The notes beneath the pieces are model-generated. The model ran no database searches. It was given only the letters and a program-made list of their open reading frames with translations, and had not been told where the DNA came from. DNA of 64,000 bases. It comes from Octopus bimaculoides (Eukaryota). Each line of letters opens with the position of its first letter. Position 1 is the first letter of the stretch. Below, one piece after another: positions 40,177 through 53,100 of this stretch. Position numbers and translations under genes: made by a program. Location: the NCBI RefSeq assembly GCF_001194135.2, contig NC_068990.1:45614827-45678826 (forward strand), in the 5' to 3' direction.

Positions 40177-42040
40177 CCCCTATACTAAAGGCACAAGGCC
40201 TGAAATTTTGGGGGAGGGGATTAGTCAATTACATCAACCTCAGTGTTTCACTGGTACTTAATTTATCAACCCCAAAAGGATGAAAGACAAAGTTGACCTC
40301 AGTGGAATTTGAACTCAGAACGTAAAGACAGATGAAATGCCACTAAGCATTTTGCCCAGCATGCCAATGATTCTGCCAGCTTGCAGCCTTAATAATAATA
40401 ATAATAATAATAATCCTTTCTACTAAAAGCACAAGGCCTGGATTTTTGTGGGGAGGGGGGGGGCAATCAATCACATCGACATCAGTACTTGACTGGTACT
40501 TAATTCATTGACCCCAAAAGGATGAAAGGCAAAGTTGAATTTGGTGGAATTTGAGCTCAGAATGTAACGATAGATGAAATACCACTAAGCATTTTGCCCA
40601 GCATGCTAATGATTCTGCCAGCTCACCACCTTAATAATAACAATAATAATAATAATAATAATAATAATCCTTTCTGCTAAAGGCACAAGGCCTGGAATTT
40701 GTGGGGAGGGGGATAGTCGACCACATCAACCTCAGTACTTGATTGCTACTTAATTTACTGACCCCGAAAGGATGAAAGGCAAAGTTGACCTTGGCAGAAT
40801 TTGAACTGAGAATGTAGTGGCAGATGAAATGCAGCTACGCATTTTGGCCAACATGCTAATGACTCTACCAGCTCACCACCTTAATGATAATAATGATAAT
40901 ATGGTTTCTGATTTAAGCATAAGACCAGCAACTTAAAGGGAGAGAGTACCAGTTGATACTATACTTGACTGGTACTTTATGGAGGAATGAAATTCAAAGT
41001 TGACCTCAGCAGGATTTGAACTCAAAATGTAAAATTCAGTTAATAATAATTTCTGACACAAAAACAAAGCCATCAATTTTTCAGGAGAATAAAGTCAATT
41101 TACAATTGATCCCCTGTATCTGACTGGTACTTTATTATATCAACTTTGGATGGATGAAAGGGAAAGTCAAGTCTAGTTGAATTTGAACAGAATGCAGAGG
41201 TATGAAACAAGATGTTGCATTTTTGCTCGTCACTTTTGAAATTCTACCATCAACCACCTTTTTTTAGTTTCTTTTTTCCTAAATGTAATTTATATTATTT
41301 AATGATTTAGCAGAATTATTAGAGTATAACACAAAAAAAAGTGTTGCAATATTTGTTCTGGCTCTGAGATCAACTGTAACTTTCATGAAAAGAGAGTGTT
41401 TAGTTCATACCACTGACCCCAGTACTTGACTGGTACTTGATTTTTTTGACACTGGAAGGATGAAAAGACAAAGTTAACCTTGGTGAGATTTGAACTCGGG
41501 ACATTAAGAATTAGAACAAATACTGCAAAGCATTTTAATCCAATATTCCAATGATTCTGCCAATCTACTATCCAAATAATAATAGTAATTTCAAATTTTG
41601 GCACAAGGCCAGCAATTCTGAGGGTAGGGAACAAGTTGATTACATCAACCCCAGTACTTGACTGGCACTTATTTTATTGACTCTAAAAGGATGAAAAGCA
41701 AAATCGACCATGACAGAACTTGAACTCAAAACATAAAGAGATGTCACTAAGTATTTTGTCTGACATGTGAACAATTCCGCCAGCTTGCCTTAATAATTAT
41801 AGTAATAATAATAATGATAATAATAATCCTTTCTACTATAGGCACAAGGCTTGAAATTTGTGGGGATGGGACTAGTTGATTACATTGATCCCAGTGTTTC
41901 ACTGGTACTTAATTTATCAACCCTGAAAGAATGAAAGGCAAAGTCGACCTCAGTGACATCTGAACTCAGAATGTGAAGAGTCAGAAGAAATGTTATTAAG
42001 CATTTTGTCTTCTGGCCCTGTGCCAAAACTTGAAATTATT
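39380..42040 (-). mobile_element. Array of about 12 co-oriented tRNA-derived SINE copies (~150-215 bp) separated by (TAA)n
   Basis: Repeated blocks gcacaaggcc...cccagt...actggtact...gatgaaaggcaaagttgacc...gaatttgaactcagaa...aagcattttgccc...attctgccagc start near 39380, 39585, 39795, 39960, 40177, 40414, 40668, 40900, 41050, 41400, 41590 and 41828. Confidence 0.9.
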
Positions 42041-44630
42041 ATTATTATTATTATTAATATTATTGTTATTATTATTATTATCAGCCTTATTCTCTCATTA
42101 AAATGTCTTTCACTATCAACTAATGACATGACATATTCATGTATTTGTTAATGACTAGGCTTGTTAATAACAGCTAGCAATTACACAAGTAAATGACTGA
42201 ACCATACTAATAATTCATTCCAGCTGTAAAAAATAAAAAAGTATCTGAACTAAGACATTATAAGTTTTGTTTATCTACAGAATTTAGAAATTGATTTATT
42301 TAATTAGGAAACTTTCGTTTTTTTTTTTTTTTAAACTAATACTCAGTTAACCAGGATATAGTAACATTATGAAAGAAAACAAGGATAACATCAACTTATA
42401 AACCAGCAGCAGCAGCAGTAAGTAAACAGTCTTACCTCCCTTACCTCTTTTTTCACCTGATGTTGATAGAATAGTGAAAAAAAAAAGAAAAGAAAAAAAA
42501 AATTGAGAGACTGAAAGTCAAAAGTTAGGGAAACATTCAATAGCCAGGCCTCCAGAAACCAGAGTTGGGCAATTGTTGAGGAGACAAGAAAAGATCTCAG
42601 AGATAAGAAGGCAGACATGCAACCAACAATACAGGATAGATAGTTTTAGAAGATACAACTGTGAGAAATATCTGACAGTGACAGAAAAACCTAAGACATG
42701 TCATAGGAACAGAGAAATGTAAAAAGAAAAACAACTGGAAGCTGGTATGAAAAAGAAACAAAAATCACTTGGGATTTACAAGAAAATTTGTTAATTAATG
42801 TTCTTAGCAATATTCCCAGAATGAATACATATTACTTCATAAATTCAGACTGAAGAAGAGAAAGATTAGGATAAAAACAAGAGAATAAGAAAACAGAAAG
42901 AGGTCAAAGAAAGAAGCGGTGTACAATGAAACCAATGGATGACTGTGAAAAGAAACGGTTTGTTTATCTAATCTGACTTCATAACATCTCATATTTAGGG
43001 ACTCAAAGACAAAATTTTTGTAAATGAAACCTAGCCGGATAATATAAGAGTGAACAAAATAATCCAAAGTAGTAGTAAACAGTTTACAGTATGTCTGATA
43101 GAATTCAGTGTGTCCAAAAGCACAAACACATTCACAATTTTCATTCTTGGTAAAGGAAAAAAAAAAAAAAAAAGAAGCAATACCAATTCTTAATGTGACA
43201 ATACAAGCAAATATCTTCAGATAATCTCCAAATATTCTATGGCTAAAGATGGTTGTTCTAATCATTCCAAGACAAAGGTAATCTCTCTGTTGAATGGAGA
43301 ATACAAATCAGTTTAGTTGAATTCCTACCGAGTTTATTTCTCTCAAAAGATAAAAGCAATTAAGTGAAATTGAACCGACTCTTGGCAGAAAAAGTATGAC
43401 AGAATATGGTCAGTTAATTATATGTTCTTAGAACAGGGGTGAAAATCAATGAGAATGGAATTTAAGATGACTTCTTGTCGAGTGCTAATGTTCACGTGAA
43501 TGCCAATAATTTGTCTGTGATATAAAAATTAACATCTCTAAATTTTACACTTTCAATTCAGCTGTTGATATTCCTAACAACCTATTTCTTTCTTAATAAC
43601 AGATTCTTCGTGTAATTGTCCAACGTGTTCAATATGACAGATGATATTCTTCAATAAACCATTTAAAAAATAAGAACGTTGTGCTCCTTGATGAAAATGA
43701 GATAACCTTCGTTAGTATGTGGATGAAATGTCGATAGACAATTTAAACTAAAATGTTAAACACCTTATATCAACATATGCAGGGTGCTTAGTATGTATAG
43801 GTTGCTCCTAAATTATTTAGTTGGGTTTAAAGGTCTGGAAAACTTACTAAAGCTATTAAAACTTTAACAGCTAATTTTTTCTTTTCTTTATATTTTCATC
43901 TTTTTAAAAACTTTTCTTGAGAAATCAAATCAAAATGGACGGAGTTATTTGTATTTATTAACACCATTTGATTCTGTAGAACATACAGTCACCAAGATTA
44001 TACATAAGTACCAAATATGAGTTAACACGTCCTGAATTGAGTTGCTCAAACATTGCCAAGCAAATAACGGACATATACAGATATCAGCCTCATCAGTTTA
44101 ACAGCCATTTTTTCATGCTTGCATGTGTGAGATGGAAGTTGTTGAGATAAATTGTATACCTGTAACCAACCCTGGCCTATTTCCAAGTAAGGTAATGTTT
44201 CCCAGCATATACACATACATAGTGGTGAACAGTGAGAATGAGTATTCAACAACGCATTAGAGGAATAGTAAGCACAAGCTTCAACAAATTATTTAGGAAA
44301 TACTAAAAGTCAAAATTTACTTGATGTCTAGGTGGGGTGCAATAGAGATAGGATAATCCTGTAATACAGTTTGTTTGATTTAAAACAGGTTGTATGCACT
44401 TGGTACATGATCATTTGGAATTCTTAGGGTTCATTGAGAGTGGTTGGTAACCCAGTAAAGAGTTTGCACTCAAAATGGAAATATTGTGGCCATTTATGTT
44501 TTGTCTTTGGTTCAGGTAAGAGAGATAGTTGATGATGTGTCCAAAATGCTTTGTGAGTGGATGGGCACCAAGTTTAAAGGCCTGCATGGTTTTAAAGAGA
44601 CAACAGATATGAAATGTGCTCCTGCAATCA

Positions 44631-45197
44631 TCATCATCATCATCATTTAACATCTGTTTCCCATGCTAGTCAGCTGAAGAGCTGCCCGGGCTCCATTTTT
44701 CTGTTTTAGTATGGTTTCTACAGCCCTTCCTCATGCCGGCCACTTTATAGAGTGTACTGGGTGCTTTTACATGGCACCAACATGGGTGCTTTTAAGTGGC
44801 ACTGACACAAGTGCTTTGACATGGCACCAGCACCCATCAGCCCACAAGATTAGGATCAGCTGAGAGAGGGATGTAGAGGACATGCCTGCATGCATGGACA
44901 GCCACAGTTTTACTTAGCTTGACGTATCTTCTCAAGCACAGTAAACCATCAGAAATCTCAGTCCCTTGTCATCTCCGCTGTGAGATCCTTTCTTACCTCT
45001 GTGAGATCCTTTCTTACCTCTGTGAGATCCTTTCTTACCTCTGTGAGATCCTTTCTTACCACTTCATCCCATGTCTTCCTGGGTCTACCCCTTCCATATG
45101 TTCCCCCCACAATTAGAGACCAGCACTTCCTGATGCAGCTGCCCTCATCCATACACATCACATGACCATAACAGCACGGACTTTCCTCTTGCACACT
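44631..45197 (-). mobile_element. RTE LINE 3' fragment (ORF end plus 3' UTR plus (GAT)n) with internal 21-bp tandem repeat
   Basis: ORF 44958..45194 YGHVMCMDEGSCIRKCWSLIVGGTYGRGRPRKTWDEVV matches the RTE C-terminus at 52174..52554. Confidence 0.85.
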
Positions 45198-47361
45198 ATC
45201 TAAATAATTTTTTTACCATTTTTGTTTCGTTATACTGTTGTAGTGTAGCACAAGACTAACTTTCACTGAACAAACACATTCTAGCATTAATCACTGTGCT
45301 CTAAAGAATATTTGTGACAACATTATCTACAGCATACTATAATTTTCCAAGCTGATGACCTGATTTGAGGGAAATTTAGCTGTTGCTCCTAACAGGCTGA
45401 GTGAGTATGTAGCAGCTCCCTAAGGCCCATAAACAACTTAGTATAGTTCAAGACATAGTAACAAAGAGTTTTATAGTGGTTTTCTCATTTCAATACCAAT
45501 AAATGCTTGCAGTTTTGAGTAATTACTTTAGTCTTAGTCTTGTATGAATTTTTTTTCTTTTGCACAAATTTGTTTGAGATTATTATTTTCTCTTCAACAA
45601 ACTTGTCTCTATCAGGATTTTTAAAAGCTAATTTGCACTGACTGGGAGATGTTTCTTTTTTTGTAATTCTAAAGGATAAAGTGAAATTTTAACCTCAGAA
45701 CTAGAATCTTGGAATTTAGTCAGTGATAAATACAAATTCCATCACACCAATCTGTGTGTCTCTTTAAACGCTCATATAACACACATAATTAAAATTAAAA
45801 TATTTCTACTTGGAAGACATATTAGGATTAGTAGATTATCTAAAATTAATGTTATCATCTTATGCAAATGATTAGCAAAGATCTTAAGTAATGTCCAACC
45901 CAATGAAAATTCTGACTTAAAAGCAGACTTTATGCATTGCAGCCATGACCATGCTGTCTTTTTTAGTGGTATGTCAAGCCATATTATCTAATGAATCATT
46001 TCCCTATGTAAGACATTAGCAGTTTAAGAGGTTTGGCTAGTATTTCTATGAAGTCAAACGACCACATAGAAATAACCTCATTGGCTTGTTTTAGGTGAAG
46101 TAACAATGACAAAAGACAGTATTAATATCTCAGGCTTTTAAGCTGGTAAATCTTGAGTTAACCACAATGAAATTTTAATTAAAAGCATTTTATAACTAAA
46201 ATATAATGTGTCTCGAATGGCGCAACAATGCAGAGTGGACTATAATAACTGTTATAATTCAATTGTCCATAGTCTGATATAATAATAATATTTTGGAATG
46301 CAAAAATTCCTTCTTCAGATATCGCTAGGAATTGATTGAGTCACTGCTATCAGTGGTTTCCCAATGGTTACTCTTAATAACTAATACTCCATACAAAGTA
46401 CTATGTTCTCACAAATAATGAGTAGATAAATTATTACAATGCAGCACTTAATAAACAACACAGTAGTAAAACATAGAAAGATAAGTTAAAACTTAACATT
46501 TTGACTGGGAACAGCTAATTTGAACTGACCAACACTGATTAAAAGGAAACAGCACATTCACACAATAGACACTCTCTACTTACAAACAGGATTATGAGAG
46601 AGAAGAAAACTCTTTTGGTTGCACAAATAAACAGATTCCTATAATCTTTTTCATGTCAGATTCTTGGCTATTTGTAACTAGTAAGGCACTATGGAGAATA
46701 AATCTCAAATAAAATTATTAGAAGAACAAAAGATAAAAGATTTGCCAATAAAAACATGAATAAAACAGAGGTGTACTGAAATATTTTGTTTACAATTATA
46801 AAATGAAGTGGGTTCTTATTAGAATTGTATTTTTGGAATAAAATAAATAAAAAAATAATTATTGAAATCAAAATTAAAATCATTTCAAGGAAACAATAAA
46901 ACAAAATTATTTTAAGAAAATATTTGTAACAAGATCACATCAAAATATGCAAAACAAGGTTGATATTATTAAAATGACAAATTCAAGAAACAAGAATTCA
47001 GAGGGGCTGGGTTAAAAACATGGATGTGATTAGGGTAGAAAAAAAAAAAGGAGTCTAAAATGGTAAAATGTTAGATAAGGACTGAATAAGAGTTAGACTC
47101 ATACAAACCACACAGCTAAATAGAGGAAACCATATTTAGTAGTACATAGATGAAACATTTAGAAAACAAACTTATTATGAACAGCAGAAAGATAACAGCT
47201 GGACATGAGTGTAATGTATTTATGGTAGATTTATTTAGAAAGCTATAACTATTAGAGAAATAATAAAATTAGTTTTGGGGCATGTGTCTTTTACCAAATC
47301 CTTAAGTTGATCAATGCTTTGTGAGTAAAAACTTAATAAACAGAACCTGTACAAAAGCCTG

Positions 47362-47393
<32 letters not shown>

Positions 47394-48507
47394 ACGAGAG
47401 AGTGAGTGAGTGTGTAATATAGATAATTGTATATCAGCAAACTATATATATGTATATCTCACAAATTTGTGAGAAAATTGCCAACAAACTGGTATGCCAA
47501 AGAAAAATACCCTGCAGCATTTATTCCACTCAACTCACATAGATATTTCCTTGTTACTCATGCTATTAGAAATGCAGTAGACCAGTGCTTGGTCTGTTGA
47601 AAATCTATAACAATGCAATTTTTCTTTTCTTGTTTTTTTTACAAAATGCATGATATGTATTAAATTAAAAAAAGGAAAAAGAAGTTAAGAAACAACAGAG
47701 AGGTAGTTTCCTGGGCAAAGGTTTTCAAATATACAAGGACACCTGCAGAGAAACTATTTTGTAGAACCAACCAGCCCAAATGACTGGAATAGTAATTGAT
47801 CTGATTTTCATGTATGCATGTATACATGTGTTTACATATACTGATACACTGACAAAAGAGAGATTATTTCTTTTAAACAGGACTAATACCACCAGAATCA
47901 ATAATTTAGCACCATATGTAGATTTAACAAACAAATGTAAACATACAATTCAAGAAGCAAAATGTAAAGTAAATCACAAAAACAAACACAAAGAATATAT
48001 ATTCCTTCTCTTCACATTCTAAATTAAGGATAAAATTGTCATTTTTAAACCCATTTATGTCTTTGTTCGATTTACATTATTTCATTCACTCACTATTTTG
48101 AAATCAATTTGAAACTATGACTATAAGTCATTCCATTTTTGAGACCATTTTATTCGGCTTTCTGTAGAAGAGAACAATTCTTAATGTTGAACATGATAAT
48201 AATTAATAATATTTTGATAATGAGACACAAACTGCTGTTGCTGGATATATCTATACGCATGTCAACATTTGAATGGTTCTTATCACTATCAATGAAAGTA
48301 CTAAATGAAGGGTGCAGACTAATACAGACAATAGCAGTCGAAAGAAAGACTGAGAGGTAATATACAGACATATATAAACTATTATTAGTTATCCAGATTG
48401 AACGAGTTCACAACTCAAAAAATGCAGATAATCATAGATCTATCTGATCAAGGCTAGAATGAGATTAAGCAATAACAGATGTTAACAATTAATTTTATGA
48501 ATGGCAG

Positions 48508-48550
<43 letters not shown>

Positions 48551-48558
48551 CGCATGTA

Positions 48559-48589
<31 letters not shown>

Positions 48590-49805
48590 TTGTAGTGTGA
48601 TAGTAGTGTATGAGGAAAGACAAACTAAATTATGTAATACAGCTGTTCTCCTGACAATCATATTCATGTCTAGGTAAGGAAAGAGAAGCTGGTGAATACA
48701 GAAAGAAGTACCTAAGGACACCAATAATTTTCATTGTTCTCCAAATACATATAAGGATTCAGAAAGCAAGTAGTTAACTTCCACCTGCATTCTTGGCAAA
48801 TATCTTCAAGTATGTACATTCACAGAAGTCTGACAACCTTGGGTGAAAATATCCTTACCATCTGGACAAGAAACTATAATAACAATTATCATCTTTTCAT
48901 TCCACCACAGGTAATTTGTCAGAATACATATTTGATTCATACAAATACAACAGGAATATTCATCCTCAAACATATAGAGTACATTCTTCCTAATATAAAC
49001 TAGTCATAATTTTAAATTTGAATATACGCCTTGTAGTATGCCTTTTAAAGCCTGTTTACTATTTGGCTACCTGATGACATCAACAGTATGGATTTAAGTG
49101 CCACTGGATTTACTTCAGGAATTCCTTTTATGTCCATAGAGTTTATAAAATATGAGAGAAAGAGAAAGAAAATGGAATTCACAAGACTTTTTATTATTCA
49201 CTACAATCATTTCAACTCATTGTGCATTGGAGATTAAAAAATGAGGTACTTTTTGTCAAGTCACCAGACGAGACACATCTGCACCAATGATGCACCACAA
49301 GTGTTTGTACAGCATCTCAACTGAGAGGCAGTGATGTATGATGCGTTGAAACAATTGTAGTGAATAATAAAGGCTTGTGAATTCCATTCTCTCTCTGTGT
49401 GGCAAGAAGCTTGCTTCCCAACCACATGGTTGCAGGTTTAGTCCCACTATATGACACCTTGGGTATGTGTCTTCTACTATAACCTCAGGCCAACCAAAGT
49501 CTTATCAGTGGATTTGGTAGACAGAAACTGAAAGAAGCCCATTGTGTATACGCACAAACACACACACATACATATATATATATGTAGATATCTAAATGTC
49601 CACCCATCACTGTTTGACAACCAGTGTTGGTGTATTTATGTCTCTGTAACTTAGTGATTTGGCTAAAGAGACTGATAGAATAAGTAGTAGGCTTAAAAAA
49701 ATAAGTCCTGGGGTCATTTGTTCAACAAAAAACTCTTCAAGGTGGTGCTCCAGCATGGCCGCAGTCAGATGACTGAAAGAAGTAAAATATATATATACAT
49801 ATATA

Positions 49806-50641
49806 CGTGGTCTGATCAATAAGTATCCGAACTGTTGCTATAGTAATGAAGCTGAAGCATGCAAAGTGAAGCTGCTTGGCACAGATTGACCTTGAACTCT
49901 GCTGTGTATGCACACTGAGTTTTAACATCCTAGCTCACTTCTGCTGTTTACAGCAGTGCTTAGAATGAAGGTGTGTAGCATTTGATTGTCACATTCACGA
50001 TGACAAAGTTGAGCAGAGAATCTGCATTAAATTTTGCCAAAAGCTTGACAATACCTGCTCAGAGGCCTATGCAGAGTTTTCAAAAAGTTTTCATCGTTCT
50101 TGACACAATCAAGGAGATCTTGTGCAACTGAAACTCGAGTGTCCCTTTGGTCAGCTGAAAGCAATTTTGGCACAAACTTGGCAGACATGTGTCTCACTGA
50201 ACTGTAACTAATCTGCACAGCCTCTGATAAATCATGGATGGTGATTCAATGATTTCCCCTCACAGCTGCATGCACATCTGCGATGTTTTTCTCAGTTCTG
50301 CTGGTTGCGGGTCTCCCTGAACATTCGTCAATATTAACATCTTTTCAGCCATCTTGGAAATGTCTGAACCACTTGTACACTTGTGTGCAGCTCATACACT
50401 CCTCTTCATATACTTTCGGCAACTTTGCGTAGGCCTCTGAGCAGGTATCACAATGACAATATTCTCTATCATGGTTAATGCGATGATCACACCTTCCTTC
50501 CAAGCACTGCAGTAGACAGTGGAAGTGAGCTAGAACATTAAAACTTTGTGTGCATGCACAGCAGAGTTCAAGTGGCTTCACTCTGCACGCTTTAGTTTTA
50601 TTGCTATGGCAACACTCTGGATACTTATTGATTAGACCTTG
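49806..50641. mobile_element. Non-autonomous mariner derivative (836 bp) with ~67-bp inverted termini and TA flanks, composed of two inverted 5' ends
   Basis: TA-cgtggtctgatcaataagtatcc ... ggatacttattgattagaccttg-TA; transposase N-terminus (HTH) on both strands: EQRICIKFCQKLDNTCSEAYA (+) and TCSEAYAKLPKVY...VYKWFRHFQDG...FVPKLLSADQR...DENFLKT (-). Confidence 0.88.
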
Positions 50642-51259
50642 TATATAAGGAAAACAGAAGTTGAAAATGCACTGAGAATAATTGAAATATTTTTTATTAA
50701 TATATTTGAAGCTTTAACCAGTTTCACAGTTTACACTGATTTTCAAACAGTTGAAATAAAATAGAAAGATGTTGCAGCTGTCTTGCTTCGACTAGTGTTT
50801 GAAGCTTGCCCTATTTTTATAGGGAGTTCATGGCTCAAATTAGTATAAGTTTTGAATAGGATATGATTGGTAGAAGATAGTCACACAGCTGGTCATAGGA
50901 ATTTTTGTAGGTTCCCCTTCCTGTTATCAAGTGACAATGTTTGGCATTGTAAATTAAGGCTGATACAGTTGACTGAACATGACAGAAAACATTCAGAGCA
51001 TTGATTGTTTGGACAAGTGTTTGTAGAGAATGAACACATAATTAAGTTTAGACCCTTTTGTACATTTCCTGCTACGTCCATGTGTTAGTGTCATGTGACA
51101 GTATATTTTGTGCCTAAAAAGAAGGTTGACAGGGCAGAGTGAACATGTTTAGTTACAATCAAAGCACTCTAAATTTAATCTGTCTGGTGGGAGAGTGGAC
51201 AGGAGCCGTTTGTATGTAGTCTAGTGGCTAAAGTTTAGGTTGTTAGCTGTATAGGCTCC

Positions 51260-53100
51260 TCATGTTAAGTGGTAGAATGAGTTGGAGAGAGTCTGCTTAG
51301 ATGAGATGCAGTTTGGTTTTGTGTCAGGTAGAAGCACCACTGATGCTATATTCTTGGTATGGCAACTGCAGGAGAAATACCTAGCCAAAGATAAACTCCT
51401 ATACTTGGCTTTTGTGGACTTGGAGAAAGCCTTTGACAGGGTCCCCTGATCCCTTATCTGATGGGTGATGCAGAAACTGGTGATTGACGAATGGTTAATA
51501 AGGGCTGTACAGGCCCTATACAGAGATGCCGTTAGTAAGGTTAGGGATGGCAATGAGTATAGTGATGAATTTCGGGTAGAAGTAGGGGTCCACCAAGGGT
51601 CAGCCCTCAGCCCCCTCTTATTCATCATAGTCCTCCAGGCAATAACAGAGGAATTCAAGACAGGTTGTCCTGGGAGCTCCTCTATGCTGATGACCTGGCC
51701 CTCATAGCAGAATCACTACCAGAAATAGAAGAAATTTCAGGTGTGGAAGCAAGGTTTAGAATTGAAAGGCCTTTAGAGTCAATGTTGCAAAGACCAAAGT
51801 TCTGGTAAGTAGGAAAGCGAACACATTACACACCCCTTCAGGTAGGTGGCCATGCTCGACCTGTAGAAAAGGTGTAGGTAGAAACTCCATAAGATGTACC
51901 CGGTGTAAGCTATGGACACATAAAAGGTACAGCAGCATCAAAGGAAGATTAACCGGGAAGATAGCCTTCATATGCAGCAGATGCACAGGGGCAATAAACA
52001 TCACAGATGCTCAGAAAACAGATTCCATCACATGCCAGGGGGAGAAACTAGAAGTAGTTAATAGCTTCTGCTACCTAGATGACCAAGTCTGCAGTTGGGG
52101 TGGATGCTCAGAGAGTATTACTACAAAAATAAGAATAGCCTGGGCAAAGTTTAGAAAGCTTCTACCCCTACTGGTGACAAAGGGCCTCTCACTCAGAGTG
52201 AAAGATAGATTGTATGATGCATGTGTGCGAACTGCCATGCTTCACGGTGGTGAAGCATGGGCTGTGACTGCTGAAGACATGCGTAGGCTCGAAAGAAATG
52301 AAGCTAGTTTGATCAGTTGGATGTGTAATGTCAGTGTGCACACACGACAAAGTGCAAGTGCCCTGAGAGAAATGTTGGACATAAGAAACATTGGATGTGG
52401 CGTGCAAGAGAGACGTTTGCACTGGTATGGTCATGTACTACGGATGGATGAGGAGAGCTGTGTGAAGAAGTGCCACTCCCAAACAGTGGAAGGAATCCAG
52501 AGTAGAGGGAGACCCAGGAAGATATGGGATGAGGTGATGAAGCATGACCATTGAATGTTGGACTTCACAGAGGCAATGACAAAAGACCAAGACCTCTGGA
52601 GATATGCTGTGACCGAGAAGAATCGGCAAATAAAGTGAGTTTACAGCTGTAACCTACACCAGTGTCGCATAGCCAGCCCACTCAAAAGTACCTTGGATCG
52701 TAGGGTGACATGCCGTACTTGAGGAGACCTATTGAGTCAAGTCCATCAACATCAAATGGAAATTGTAGTTGTGATCCCCATGCCGGTGGCATGTAATAAG
52801 CACCATCCAAATGTGGTCGATGCCAGCACTGCCTTGACTGGCTTCCATGCTGTTGGCACGCAAAATGCACCAACTGATTGTGGTCGTTGTCAGCCCCCTC
52901 TGGCTCCTGTGTCAGTGGCATGTAAAAAGCACCCACTACACTCTTGGAGTGGTAGGCATCAGTAAGGGCATCCAGCTGTAGAAACACTGCCAGATCAGAC
53001 TGGAGCCTGATGCAGCCTCCTGGCTTCCCAGACCCCAGTCGAATCGTCCGACCCATGCCAGCATGGAAAACGGATGTTAAACGATGATGATGATGATGAT
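51260..53100 (+). mobile_element. 5'-truncated RTE-clade LINE (RT domain, C-terminus, 3' UTR, (GAT)n tail), frameshifted
   Basis: QFGFVSGRSTTDAIF, FVDLEKAFDRV, GVHQGSALSPLLFIIV, LYADDL, RLHWYGHVLRMDE, GRPRKIWDEV; tail gatgatgatgatgat at ~53083-53100. Confidence 0.92.

Noticed and set aside
39380-42010. Regularly spaced repeats superficially like a CRISPR array
   Set aside because: Eukaryotic context; the units are 150-215-bp degenerate SINEs with Pol III boxes and the spacers are (TAA)n.
42450-43400. Purine-rich, coding-like stretch, possibly an ancient LINE endonuclease region (similar hints at ~34200-34650 and ~53820-53940)
   Set aside because: Too degenerate to assign motifs by eye; needs a profile search.
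48848-48862. ATATCCTT U12-like donor motif on the plus strand
   Set aside because: No associated exon, and on the wrong strand for SMAP; chance match.
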